Shown here piece after piece: positions 19,821 to 34,200 of a stretch of 64,000 nt of DNA (position 1 is its first letter; every line of letters begins with the position of its first letter). A model generated the notes under the pieces. The model searched no databases and was not told where the DNA came from. It worked only from the letters and a program-made list of their open reading frames with translations. A program made the position numbers and the translations under genes. Source of the DNA: Camelus dromedarius (Eukaryota); NCBI RefSeq assembly GCF_036321535.1, contig NC_087472.1, positions 98,458,001-98,522,000 on the forward strand, in the 5' to 3' direction.

Positions 19821-22485
19821 TAAAAATTCTAGATTGCCAATTTTGTCAGTAATCATTTGAGCTATATATTTACCAGTACGTGTTAATGAATTTGTGAGAC
19901 TACCTTAAATGTAGCATTCTAAAAAAATTTTTTTAAAGACGGTACCTAAAACTGGCCCCAGAGCCCCAAATACAGTCCCTTAACTTGAGGGTATCACCTT
20001 TAGGATGAAAAAGTAGCTTCATTTAAGTTTCATATTCAATTTTTGGCTCTGCTGCTGAGGTTAGCAACTACTGTTAAGTATGACTGTTATCAGCACATGC
20101 TAGCATTAATTCTTCTATAACAAATTTTAGCTTCCTAATCATATATCTAAGTTAGAACTATAATCTAAAAATACAAAAATCCCTTTAAATAACAGCATTT
20201 TAATTCTCTGTTATTGGTTCATCCTTCAATGCCTGCAACACCTAGAGGATTTTAAGGAGTGGGGGCAGGGTAGAGGACTGCAAAAAGGAGGAACTGCTTT
20301 AGGGGCTAAGAAGAAGATGGAAGTGAGATAAGGAAGTTTAACTGAGAATGGTTTGGAGCCAGCAAGGCACAAAATCATAAGGTCATTCAGAGTAACTAAA
20401 TGGAATTGTAAAAACGAGGATTCATTTGAAGAGCATAATTCCATTTCATAAAATCACAGGCCAGGAAAGGACCCTGAGGAATTATTTAGAAGTTATCATT
20501 CTTTTTGCCTCAAGGCAAGACTGCATCTAAAAGCCAGATATAATTTCATAGAGCAGAGGGTAGGGGAGAAATGAGAGGCCTAAGAGATGTGAATTAGAGT
20601 AGTTTAGATATCAGGTAGCCTAATGTATTATTAGTTTTTCAGTTCTTGAGGGAAAGTAAAGAAAAAAAGCGATTCACATTATAGTTTCAGGACTTAAGGG
20701 AGGCAGAAGTATTTTCACATAGTAAATTTTTATTTTATAATACCCTTCTGTATTACCTAATACTGTAGGGAGTATATATTTTTTTTGAAAAAAAAAAAAA
20801 CATTCTTACCCAGTTTCCTTTCTCCCCAATTCTTAAAGTTTGTGGAATACGGGGCCAGATGATTGATTTTTTAATAAAATTTCAGTGTAATTTTACTTCA
20901 AGGGTAAGTAAAGACTTAATATAAAAAGTGACAAACAGAACTAAAAACTGAAAGTTTTCTTTTCTTTCTTGGCCATTAAGGGCAGGGGGAAGCATTCAGT
21001 CAAAGGATGACATAATTCTACAAAGAATCTGGTTTGGCAGCTGTTAGAAGAATCAAGTATGGATTTATCTCTGGGCAGCACATTTGAACAAGGAATCACA
21101 ATGAGACGGAACACAGAAACACTTCCAAGTAGAGTAATGGACTAGAGATAGCAGAGATCAGTAAGGCCCCCTTCCCCCAGCCCTGCACACCATACACATA
21201 GGCAACACCACAAGACGCAGCAGTGGGATGAGGAAGGATGAAGGATTGAGATGCCAGGCTACCACAAAATGCCACCAATTATTTAACATTTTAAGACTAG
21301 ACAAAGAGTCCTTTTATTTTTAAAGGAGAGGGGTGAGGGGCAGAGTCACATTATAAAATCTGACTCACTGTGCTCTACAGTCAAAACAACACAGAACTCA
21401 ACATTCAAGACAAAAACAGACCTTTATTTTCTTTTAAAATTTTCAATTGGTTTCCTTGCCTTTTTTTTTTTCTCAGATGAATACCAATTAAGTCAACTGG
21501 GGCTACTGTTGCAACTGAAATCGTGAAAGCACCTTTATCTTCTTCTCTTTCTGCCCTCTTCTTCTTCGTCTCCTTCTCACTTCTCTTCTGGTTTCTTTCT
21601 TTTTTTAAACCCTTGCTTCTCTTCTTCTAGAAGAGACTTGCTTTGGAAGAGGAGGCAAGCACTTGGTGAGGTCTGCTTCCTGATTGATTTTCTTTCAATG
21701 CACCAGTTCACCATTGGAGCACTGGCCACAACTCAGCTCTTTGGTAATTTGAGTGAATGTTTTCTGAAAGTTTGGCAAAGTGTCGAAGACCACATGCAAA
21801 CTACAGGGCATGTATAGGACCTTCTGTAATTCCTAATGAGGAAGTGTCTCACCGCTACAATGACATTTTAATTTGTATCTAACGTATTCATGAATTCTGG
21901 GCCTATGCAGGAGTAAATTCCCTCTCAAATTACATTTATGTTTACAACATATAAATTAGTCCTGTGTCAGATGACACTTTTCTCTATTCCAATTTCAGTA
22001 AAGCAAAGAGAACATACATACAAAGTTCTCTTTCCTATGCAAAATTTCATTAATAGATTTGAGGATCACAATGAAGTTACTGACAAATTAACTTGAATTC
22101 TGAGCCCAGGGAGGGTCGTTTCTGGCTGCATCATAAGTTGGGGGGGGGCGGTGGAAGAAGATCCTCTGATTGTTTCATTTATAGTCTAGCTACACTATGA
22201 AACACTGTGACCCTGGGAATGTGGTGAGCATCACAACAGTTGTCTGGTTCTTTCAGGTTGCATATGAACTCCAGGTAGTGATAAAGAAAAGCTTAAAGAA
22301 AAGATTAGCTAATGCAAAAAATAGTTGGTTGAACGTTTCTTGCAAATGGCTTACTAGCAGATGCTAATACATTTCTTAAATACTATAAGGTCTTTGGTTG
22401 ATATATTCCCTTACATTCCTGCCCAGTGGTTTCAAAATATTTTTGATTGTTCACCCTTATCAGGTAAAAGACTTCTGTTATCGAT

Positions 22486-22488
<3 letters not shown>

Positions 22489-22522
<34 letters not shown>
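22489..22522. repeat. (AT)17 microsatellite
   Basis: Direct reading. Confidence 0.95.
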
Positions 22523-22524
<2 letters not shown>

Positions 22525-24499
22525 CTCTATATTAATAGATATGCATGTTACAGACACAGAAAAGAAATTTGAAAGAATGACATATAAAACCTGAGGAGAA
22601 GTCCCAATGTTTTTTCTTCCTGTACCTCAATGGCCCCATGTGTACCTGCCTTCAGAGACCTGCACTTTGCCTCTCCCTGAGCCTACAGACCTCGCTCTCA
22701 TTGGCATTTCCCAATCTTCTATCTGGCACATTGTCTCACGCAGCCAACGTTTAAACTGAGTGATGGTTTTCTCTACTTTATACACTAAGTACTGCACAGA
22801 GGGCTCCCTATCAGGTGACTGTGTAACTTATCACAGTCTGTTGTGTAATTTCGTTCAAGTTTCTTTGCTGAAAATTAAGGAGAGCATAATACAAACTTGG
22901 CGACCTGAAAATGTCTTTCTGGAGTCCTCCCTGTTTCCCTGTCTCTGTAATGACCATGTGGAAGGAGAGAGAAAAATGAAAACAAAACCAAACAGAACAA
23001 ATATACCAACTGGGCTCTTGAAGAACTAAGCCAACAATGAATAATCAGTTCTGGTACATGTTTTGGAAGGGAACTGTGCTCTTTTAAAATTGGACAATGA
23101 TGTCCTCGTGGAAACAGTTGTTCCTTCCACAGCACAACTGGGTAATGAGCACAGAAGGCTGGGAAAGGCTAAGTCACAAGTGGGAGAGAAGGCTGGACAT
23201 AGTAGCATTAGTCACCAGTCAAATGTGAGAGGCATTCGTTCTTGCAGGGCCGCAGAGTGCTCCAAGGCGTCCAGGCTAAGGGTGTCACGTATGGGAAGCA
23301 CTGTTCTCACCATGAAAGGCAATTAACATTTGTTAATGTTAATTTACTAGTGTACCATCATGAACAACTTATTTATATGTAAGGTGACAAAGTTTTAACA
23401 GGCTTAATATAGATGGGTTTAATGTTTGTAGGTTTTATGCTAAAGATGATTATGTATTCAGGAGTTTATACTGTAACTTGAATTGTTCTATAATTAAATA
23501 TTAGCTCTCTTCATTCATGTCTTTATATAAGTAAGTCAACTAACTATGCTTTGCATTTTGTACCACTGGAGAGAGGGTAGTTTGTTACATCTGAAAAAAA
23601 GCTAAGATTTTAAAAGCTGGCTTTCACTTGTCGCTCTGTAATCAGTTACCCTTTTCATAATTTTAAGTAATTGTTTAATTTTCTTTTAGGCAAAATAAAT
23701 AATTTCTCTGATGAAAAAAAAAATTGATTTTAGTGAGGAAAATCCCTTCTTTGGAAAGGACAGCTTGAATGAATCCATCAATATTGCCAAGTGTATTTTT
23801 AAAGAAGGACATGTGAAACCCAGCCCTGTAAGAATGACCCTGCGCTTCACCAAAAAAGTACAGCCCATCCCAGTGTCTGTCACTCCCTTCTGCGCAACAG
23901 TAAAGCTTACTTGCATAAAGATGTGACAAAAGAGACAGAGCTGAAGCTTATTCTACACTTCATTCTCTAAGCATGTAAATTCTGCCAAATTACGTGGTTT
24001 ACTGCCACAAATATATGACAGTGGTGGAATATGCAGGGTACTACGGTAGTTTTTCTGACAAATAGTTCAGATAGCAAAATCTTGGTGTCCTCGCAATGAT
24101 TTATTGACCCAAAGGGAAGGTTCTTTGAAGGACAATTGCAAACACAAATGACAGATTCTATATTTGCCCACAGAATTTGGAAAATTTAATTAATAGAGAC
24201 ATAGAGGTCAAGGTACCTGGTTCTTAGGCAGGAATTCATAAAGGGGACATTTTAAAATGAAAACTAAGGGATGATTATATTTATAAATTAATGTGGAGTC
24301 ACCATATTCCTTAATGAGAAAAAACTAAAATTCTTCATATCATAACATTTTACTATGACTTAGACAGGGAGAATGACCCAAGACAATCCCACTAATATTA
24401 AATGCCAACAAAAAGCTTTTTGATGCATTTCTACATATTAGAACCATCATTTTTATATATTCTTAAAAAACATTAAAATGGTTAGAGCAGAGGCAATTG

Positions 24500-25835
24500 T
24501 AAGGCAGATCAATGTGATTTTATTTACAACACAAATTCCATTTATGAGAAAGAAGCATAGATTACTTCTCTTTAGAAAGAGATTTACTATCAAGCATACT
24601 TAGCAAATTATTTAGCTATCTAAAAAGATCTGATACCAACTGGTCATATTTTTATTTTTACGTAATTTATATTTTTACAGGTATTCACATTATGCAATAC
24701 CACACACTGCGGCGACAGGAAGAAAAAAACATTTCCAAATACAATGTTAAATTATCTGTTCATTGCACAGTATGAAATATCCATTAATTAGCATTGAAAT
24801 TATTACAGAGTATCTTATCCAACTAAACGAATGAAATTTCACATCCACTACAGAAGAAAAATAAGCAATATTGAGCCATAAGGGACCCAGTTACATAGTG
24901 TTAAATCATATCTGAAGCTAGTTTGAAAGACAACCAGACAAAATACTTTTTCCAAAGTGAAAACCACAGCCTATATAGATTTGGAAAATTTTACAGAAAA
25001 GAATAGCTCATGCCTGTCCTATGAGGCAACACCATTTGTATACAAGTGCCAAGAAATAAGGAGAAAGTTAGGATTTTAGCTGAGGAATCTAATAAAGCCT
25101 GGCATGAGGAATTTTCTTCATTAGCGTCACTGAAAGCAGTCTCTGTGTTACACCTGAATACACTTTATAATAGAATAAACATAGGAAGTTTCAGAGCAGG
25201 TTGTGGATACCTTGCCTTAATAGATTACACTGAATTCAGTACAATACAGCACGTCAAGTTTTAAAAATGCAAAATACACTTAATACACAGAATTTGCTTC
25301 CTCTGCTTTGCCTTAAAGAGGCCACCAAAGAGTCCATTAAACAGCCAGGGCTTTCTAGTTATCGGAGCTGATCCCTCTCCTTTCCTGGTGTCAGGAAAAC
25401 ACAACTGAGGTGTCACCACACAGAGCCCTTCCCCAGTCAGTGCCCTTCCCCTCTGTTCTCCCACAGAAACGGCAGTTTTCTGTTACTGTGCTCCATCTTG
25501 ATTGGCTTTGATCTTATGCTAGTCCCAGTGGAGAAAGCTTGCATTCTTCTTAAGAGTGGCCTGCCCCTCTTAATATCCCTTTAGGGAGGCCCCCAATCCA
25601 CAACACTTGATGATCTAAGCTTTTTAAAAGTCTGTTTTCTGTTATAAACGGCAAGGATGAGGCCATTTTAGTTGCTTGCAAGAGGTTGATGTTGAGTCTG
25701 CGTCGTGCTGACTCGCTCCGATCTAAATTCTCTAAACATTAGCTTATCAATCTGTCAGTCCAATGGGTTGAGTGCCAACAGAAGTGGATCCGATTTGGCA
25801 TGGAGAGGTTCTACCAACTCTCGCAGTGTATTAGC
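24500..25835 (-). other. CNKSR2: Probable alternative terminal exon of CNKSR2 (short CNK2B/MAGUIN-2-like isoform lacking the PDZ-binding tail)
   Basis: Acceptor ctgctttatcatattAG|GC TAA: joined to the phase-1 end of the 54131 exon gives ...GDKS*. Repeat-free UTR-like sequence follows, with minus-strand AATAAA at 24651 and 24519. A short isoform truncated near this point is established for CNK2/MAGUIN. Confidence 0.65.
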
Positions 25836-27407
25836 CTAATATGATAAAGCAGTGATACAATATGATGAAAGACCTGCGAGTGCCATTATTCCCAAAGCAC
25901 ATTAGTATTTGTATTAGAAATACTCTCATGCAATACACCCATGAAGAGAAAAGAGAAAAATATGGCTAGAATTGCATATGGTTTTAATACCATAATGTCC
26001 TTCTGTTGGCATGCAAGTCTACTTGGCCATAAATGGGACACTTTGTGTTTTAAGCTTGGTTATTTGGAAATGCCAATCTTATGTATACAAAATAATACAC
26101 AGCACAGATACATCTTTTCCCGCCTCTATACTTGTATATGCACCTCTGTAATTTTAATCAGGAAAGCTTATGTTAAAAGTAGTCTCCAGAATCATGTAAG
26201 ATGATCAGTCCTTCAAGGAAATTAAACTGTGTTTCTGTCAAGATCTCTCCTCAAATTCATCCAATCAAGAAGTATGAGGAAAAGTTTTCCTGTCTACCTG
26301 CTGTCTAACTACTCTGACTCATATGCTATCATGTGCTAACTAGTGAGGGAGAAAAGCCCAGTTAGTGTGGCTCCGAGGAGGTGGTTGAATACTGACAAAT
26401 ACAAACTGAAGTGAAAAGCTCTAACAGGGTCAACGTGATGAAAGGGTGTCTTGACACCTGAGCACAAGCCACATTTCAAGGAATTGAGAAACTAGAAGAG
26501 ACTAAAGTTTCTGAATGAGTTGGGAGACTAAGAACAATTGGTGTAAAAGAAACTGTAGTCTCTTAGTTCATTTTATTTTAGAATTTGAGGAATACAAATA
26601 TTGTCACCAGGCACAAATCAGCAGTATTTTTTTTCAAGCCTAGAGCAGATTTTTATCTGCAACATCCTGTAGTAATTTTTGAGTTATATCAAGAAAAAGG
26701 AACAAAGTGGGAGAGGGAACAAAGAAATCGTGTTGTTCATTACAAGCTCCCTTAGAAAATGGGAAAGGTTTGTGCTGCCCATAGCATAGTATCTAGAAAA
26801 GGGGATGTGGCATGGTCCAGAAATAAGCAGAGCTAATTTTTGTTTATCAGATCATATACTCTTCTTTTGCAGGAAAAGGGCTGGGAACTCAGTAATCTTC
26901 ATAGGTAGGTTACATGAAACAAAAGACAATATCTCATTTTTTAGAAAATTATAACACTGGAATGCTAGTTCTGGATTCTACTACTTTGTTCCATAAGGTC
27001 ATGGAATTTCAAACAGCAAAATCAAAAGCAATCTAACGTTGGGCACAAGGTCATTCCTAAATTTAAAGGGTTCCTAGTTTATCTATGTAATTCGAACAGT
27101 TTCCCCTCAGAAACAAGGTTACATGAACAGTTTAATTTCTAGTGTGCTTAACCCATACTGAACCTGAACCAGAGCCCTGGTAATCAAGTCACATTTAGTT
27201 ACATTTAAGACATTGTTTATATAGGACTGCTAAATTCTACTTCAAGAGACTGGAAACACCTCCTAAACTGAGGCCTTGCCAGAGGGCAGGATGGTTGGGG
27301 GCGCGGGGAGCAGACTGCTGTTTCAAAATGGCTACAGCTAGTTCTAGTCTGTATGTATTAGCATAAGAGAAGACAACACTCTTGGACAAGGTGTCTCTTC
27401 AACTCAC

Positions 27408-27560
27408 AGTGGTCAGACAGACCACTGACTACCAAATCTCAGGGGTGGAGGTTTGTTAATCACAGATTTCTGGGCCCTGCCCCTAATCTACCCAAATCAG
27501 AATTTCTGGGTACGGAACCCAGGTGATTCTTGTGCCACTGCAGTTTGAGACCTCCTGCTT
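27408..27560. mobile_element. MER5A1-like hAT-Charlie DNA transposon
   Basis: CAGTGGT...CAGATTTCTGGGCCCTGCCCC...AATCAGAATTTCTGGG...CCCAGGTGATTCT...AGTTTGAGACC. Confidence 0.75.
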
Positions 27561-30500
27561 TGAGCCAGTCACATTGTGGTGGACTGCACCGTGGGGAGGG
27601 CTGGTTGGAGTCATGCCAATTTTTGTACTACACATATAAGTAGCTTGTAGTCAGAAGTCTTAGAGTTGGGCATGTCACATAGGGTTTTATTTTTAGTTCC
27701 GTCACCAGTATAACTTGTATTATGTAACTCAAACAATTTCAAGGTTTTTGCCGGGGAATCTGATGGAAATATCCTGCTCTACTGAGAATACAGCAAAATT
27801 AAAGAGGCCTTGGTAAACTGCTTGAATAAATTCTTTAAGGCTATACTTTTAGGTAGTGTTAAATAGTTCCTCTTTATTTTCAAGGCAAACAGAACAATTA
27901 TATAGACACTTCCAGACTCAAACCTATTGAATCAACTGTACATCTTGGTATGCGCATTCTGAATTTCAAGTATGAACAGCAGTGGCAGGCCAGGAGGGTC
28001 ATAAATGATGGAATGGCAAGTCCCTTTCTGGTTCTCAACACTCTCTTTTTCTCTCCCTTTGTATTTTCATTGGGCTTCCTCTCTCTCTCCCTATTTCTAC
28101 TCTTCTCTTTTGTAACTGATAATTTCATTTATCCCTATTCAAATAGTCAAAATATTCAAACCAGTTAAAATTACTTATTATAGTGACATTAATTTTATGC
28201 CTGTTTTTAAAAGGATAAGTGGAAACTGCATATTCCTTAAACAAACCGACAAACAACAACAACAAAACAACCAAAACTTCAAAATTGTATGGCTCTTGAT
28301 TGTTTTGTTTTCTTTTGGCCAATATCCTAACTATAAAAACGATTCCCTACTTCCTGCTATTAAAATAAACTTCACTATTTACCAAGCTTTCAATCAAGTA
28401 CATTTTGAAACAATAGCAACATATCTATGCTACCCCAAGAAAATCAGTAATGCTTCTGTTATGCATATTACTTAAATATTTATTGAGCTTCCATTCATAA
28501 CTGAAACCTCCAACTGTGAGGCTACAAGCCCAGCTGGATATAAAGAAACAGATTCTGTTTTCCTGAATGATGTGATCTGCATGATACACCCAGATGCAAT
28601 GCTATGTCGAGTCATGTATAGGATGACTTATTGCAGTGCGGATCCACTTCCCATGCAAGCTCTTCACAGACTGAATCTATGTAGGATATGCTGAGGAGGA
28701 TGTTCCTTTCCTTTTTTGTTTTATGAATTTAAAAATCTCCCCATTAAGGACCGTTCAAATACTAAGCAGAAACAGAAATTCTAGGAATATAAGTTTTAGA
28801 AATGTAATCAGGCTTCTAATAGTATACCTGGTAGGAGTAGCTGATGATCCTTCAATCAAATCCTGACGATTAGATTATAAGGTAAGGATGGAGGCACAAA
28901 CATTTGCAAGAGAATGATTAAGTTTGAATACAAAATAGGTGAAAAAATTTTTTTCCCTTAATGAATGAAATAGAAGAAAATATGTGCAAATGGAAATAAG
29001 AAGTGCTTAAGCCAGAACATCACTTTCAAAGATTCAGGCTTCAGAGTTTTAAGAGAAAACTGTTTCCACTCTCTTGAATTATCAGTGGGATTGAGGGCAA
29101 AGTCACTGCTTACCAGTCTCCAGTCGTAAACTGCTTGCAGATGACAAAGCAGACACCCTCACCTACCAATAGTAACACTTGTGGAGATCCAGGGAGAGTA
29201 GAACTGTTTTGTGTGCTTAAAAAAAATTATTTAACACAATTATCTGGATCTCCCCCTTCTTCTAAATGTACATGTTCAGACTTAAGTTTTTCTTTTTGTA
29301 AAACAGGAATATCTAACACCATGAACTGACAGTCAGTGACAATTACTTCTTTTACTGAAAGTATTGGAAAGAGTGGCCTGAAAACTTGGTTCAGAATGTT
29401 CGGGTCAAGAGAGAGACTTAACTGTGGCTTGAGTAGTAGCTGTCCAAATTTTGAGGGCCTATTTTCTTGTAAAGGTGGAGTTCAAATAGACAGAATATCA
29501 GATTTTCAAAAATGTGTTTGCTTATTTTTAATACCATAGGGGGAAAGGAACTGAAGTCTTATTTTAAGTGAGGAGTACAGTTTTCATGATAAAGTTTTCT
29601 TTTTCAAAAAAGTGATAAATTGTAGAAGGTAATACAGTTTGTGCTTATGCCTTATAACATTTCTAGTGATCTTTAATTAGCAATTTCAGGTAAAATAAAA
29701 ATATCTGATGAATCTAGCCACAGGCAAAACAGATTAGATTAGAATGTTTCCAGATTAGAATGTTCCTCTAAATTGCCAAATCACAATCCATCCTCTGTGC
29801 ATGATTCACTGGGGACAGAGTATCTTCTTATGAAAGTAGTATCTCATTTCAAAGTACCTACCGCTATACTATGACCTTAGAGTGTAGTTAGGACTTAGTT
29901 ATATAAGAGTATACCACACACTCTGGCTTTTTCTGTCTGTATTAAAACCACTATCTGAAATAAAGGCACACCTAAAGTACACTTGAAATGAAGCCTACAT
30001 ATTAGCAACAATTGAAAAGGTCTTTTATATTTAATAGTCACAGAAGTACTTAATATGTTAATTCAATTTACCAACACTTTATTTTCAAGGAAGTGTCTAC
30101 AGATACATCAGAAAAGTGAACTAAGGAATCCTGCATTATTATACTGTCATCTCAATGTCCCCTTTCAGATTTTAAAATAGAAAATAGGAGGAATTCATTT
30201 TTACAGACAAGTACTGTTCAATAAGGACTTAATGGGTGCCTATGGGAATATATACTATATCAAATGTTAGGGATAAATATACAAAGATAAGAGTCTGACC
30301 TCAAAGAGTTCATGGTATAGTTGTACAACACCTTTCCCATTTCTGTCTTATAATTTTATAGTAAAGGACTATCAATAAAAAAGCTCTACTTTATTAAGTA
30401 CAAACATATATATATATATACACACATACATAATAACAAATCAAATTGTAAGACTATAATGTTATTATACAATTACCCTAATAATGTATATTATATGCAA

Positions 30501-30683
30501 TTATACTATATGCAATTACATTAATTATATATTATATAGATATACTAATTTTAATTTGGAATACATAGAAAATAAAAATATTTTAAATTTGGAGCAAATT
30601 TAAAGAAGGTCATTAAAATAATGTATGTGTATATATATGATATAAAACAGCTGAGTTCTGATGCTTACAATAGACTTTAAAAC

Positions 30684-31225
30684 TGAAGGGGATTACAATA
30701 TGCCACTTTGGCCTAAGGATTATTTTGAGCTGAAGGTAATTAAGAAGCAGCAGACATAGAAAGATCTTTGGCCATCCCTGTATCTGTCTAAAAGCAGGAC
30801 ATAAATTTCCCACCATGAAGGTGTTTCTCCTCCCCTCTTCCATACTGGAAGAACAACTCTTATCACTGAAGACAGAAAGCTGGCATCAAGATGGGTCTGC
30901 ACAAACAAATCTCACTAAAATAGCCCTTATTTTCCGTTAGTTTCCTCTATATATAAACTTTCTCAAAGTTTACCACTCTTTTCCCTTTATCTTGTCACTT
31001 CTCCATAATTTATCACCCTTTGTTAAGATGGTATATAAACCCCAGGTCTCACTGCTTCTTTGGGTTTTTACTTCTTTCCCATGAAGGCCTCTGTGCACAT
31101 AAAAATTCAATTAATGCAATAAAATATGCCTTTTCTCCTGTTCTTCTGTCACTTGCCAGTTTAATTCACAGGCTCCAAGTAAAGAACCTAACAGGATAGA
31201 GGAAAAGTTTTGTTCTTCCTCTATA
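30684..31225 (+). mobile_element. Solo ERV1-type LTR (MER34/MER39-like)
   Basis: Starts TGAAGGGG, ends CTCTATA (degenerate CA end); 4-bp direct repeat AAAC on both sides (30680-30683, 31226-31229); TATATAAA 31032 and AATAAA 31118. Confidence 0.8.
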
Positions 31226-34200
31226 AAACATTTAAATCAACTCTTAAAGCAGTCTATCCTAAATCATCCATATTTTAAAATATTTAAGAATATTTATATT
31301 CAAAACATTTAAACATGAAATATTTAATATGACATATTCATATTTAAATATGAAATACATATATTTCATAGTAAGGTTATTTTGAGATAACTTTAAGCAA
31401 TGTGGATAGATGGCAGCTTACTGGCAGAATGAGCTGCTGTTGCAACCTATTTTATGATTAATAATTACTTATTTTAAAATAAACTCTTTAAAATTCTCAT
31501 TTCCAAATTAAATAGCTACAGAGGCAACATAGCTGAAGTCTGAGACATGAACCCATTACAAGAAATAGACTTTTTTTTTTTACCCTTTAGTAATTTAGAG
31601 ATGAACAATGCATATTTTTAACTTATGAGAATTTTTAACCTCTACCACCACCTTACATGGTTATAGTAAAAGGATGCAATTAAATAGATTATATTCAGTC
31701 TAGACAATAATCAGTGTGAAGTAACTCAGTGATGAGAACTGCCAATGGGGCGAACAGATAAAACCCATGTAACACAACACTTCATTTGTGACTACGTCTA
31801 GTCTGCCAAAATGAAAAGGTAAATTGGGACCAACTACATTTCAGTCATTTTCCTGCCTATTTCTTTCAATGGATTCTTCTTTGGTCCTTCCAACCCTACT
31901 AGGACATTCTCTTTCCTACCTGATAATCACTCTAAAAAGCAATTCCAATGTTATCTGAACCTTGAACCAATTATGCGACTAGGTAGATAAAAATACCTTC
32001 AGAACACTGACTATATACCTCTATGATCCAAACTATTTCATTTGCCTATTGCACTTGACTTGAATTCCCCAAACTGGACATTCTTATGGACTAACAGGTA
32101 AGGGTATTTGTACCTGGGGAATTGGGAGTTGTAAAGATACATTTAGTATGTTGAATCCATCAGAACCTACTCAGAGTAAACAAAGGACCTTTGCTCTATG
32201 ATGTCCTCCTCCAAGTTGCTGATCAGCAAACATGATCTATGATCTGTAAATTCTGATGCAATGCAAACTGTGCTTTTAATGTCTAGCTTCCTTAATAAGT
32301 AGACAATCAATGGAAAAACTTTTAATTCTTGAAAATTTGATCTAAAATAAATACGTACATATATTTTTCAAATTAACAATAATGTGAACTTTGTGAACTT
32401 TTGCTCTATGGAGTTCTACTGTCTTCTTATTCTCATATTAAATTCATATATTATCCTCAAAGTACTGCCATCTTGATTTTGGTGAGGTTACTTTTTAAAA
32501 AAAATATCATTCAGTGTCAGCTCCAGTATCATGATATCCCTCCAAACTAAATGAAGGGAAAAAAGAGGTATTGATCTGCAAAAGTGACTGAAATACTAAA
32601 TTCTTTTCAACAAGAGTACAACAATGGGTATGTGCACACATGTGTATGGATTGGGAGTAGAATAATAAAAGGAGTGATTCTTATGCTAAAAATTTAAAGA
32701 CATTACTTCCTGTCACACTATAACACTGTTCATGATTATAGAAGCTTGAAATGGACTTCTGCTTACTTTTTCTGGCTGAGCTTATAATATTACAAAAAAT
32801 TACAATATTGATTTCCCCTCTTTATAACTTCTAAATGCTGATGCCTTATTACTAACCTTCTTGGCATACCAGCCTGACATTTGGGATCATTTGCTCATTA
32901 ACAACTCTGGCAAAGAGCAGCTATTTTGGGGGCACTGCCAGCTGAATTTCTCAGCAATAAAGACAACCAAAAATACCTTCCCCAGCAAAGCAAGTGCCAA
33001 GAAAGGTGAAAAGAAAATTCAAAAGATGTAATAACCTAAAATTTTATCTTAACAGTTACTTATCAGAATTCATATTTTTCTCTACCTCACATCTGTTATA
33101 AATCTAATTTCTCACCTTAATCAAGAACATTTTCATATTCTCTTTATTAATCTATAATTATATCATAGACTATTCTCATAAATCCCCATCATTAGCCATC
33201 TACATATTATGATATTTAAATTATTACATTTTTAGGTATTTAAAATTTATTATGTACATGATAAGAAGAAAAAATTACTTTGGTAAAAACCACCATAAAA
33301 TCATGCTTATTAGAAATATAGCACGGATGTAAACAAATCAGCACAAACATCCATCTTAGCAAAAAGCTCAGATGTTAAAATAATATTCATACCCAGTCTT
33401 GGTCTCAAAATCATTGGTTATTACATTTTGGACCAACAAACTCATTTTACATTTGGAATGGAAAACTATGGAATCTAAGACATACTTTTTTTTTTTAAAT
33501 AAAACATCCTATTATATATGAGTTTCACTTTTTCCCCTCCTGACAAAATTGTATAGCACTGCCCTTTTAAAGAAAGTTTTACTAAAGAGTTAGAGATATG
33601 CTGACTCTCAGTGTTCTTAGGGAAAAATACAAATGACTTTATAGCGGTGGCAAAAGGTTTCCAGCTATATCTGTGTTTAACATTTAGCATCACATGTTGA
33701 ATTTCACACTCACCAGTGTGATTACAGAAAACTAGAGTCATACAGGGACTTCATTAGGGTGAGAGCTTGTTCTGCAATTTCAACTGTTTGGAATGTCAGA
33801 AGGTTCTCCATATTGTACAACTTAATTTGTATTCAATATAGCAATGAATTGCTAACTTCCTGCTAGTGAACAAAACAAAAAATCCAATTATATTAACAAA
33901 TTTGTTTTCTATTTATAATTTAATTAATTTTCAGCAGCTTTATGGTGCTAGCTTATTCATAACATCTTTTAAAAATTAAGGACAATTCCATATTTCATCA
34001 AAGTAAGGCTTTTTTGGAAATCCTATTTAGTCTATTTATATTAAACAAGGACCATGCTGCCTTCTCTAGGGTGAAAAAATACAACAATCAAACTAGATAT
34101 GTGAATTTGTAAGAATATGCAAATCAAGGGGTGAATCTGGGATTCTCAAGTTCCACCTAAGACTTCCTTACCATCTCTTGTGACTGGTGCCACGTGGGGA

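Noticed and set aside
23911..23940. Possible 30-nt frame-preserving exon with GTAAGC donor (minus)
   Set aside because: Purine-rich sequence upstream of the AG, so no credible acceptor.
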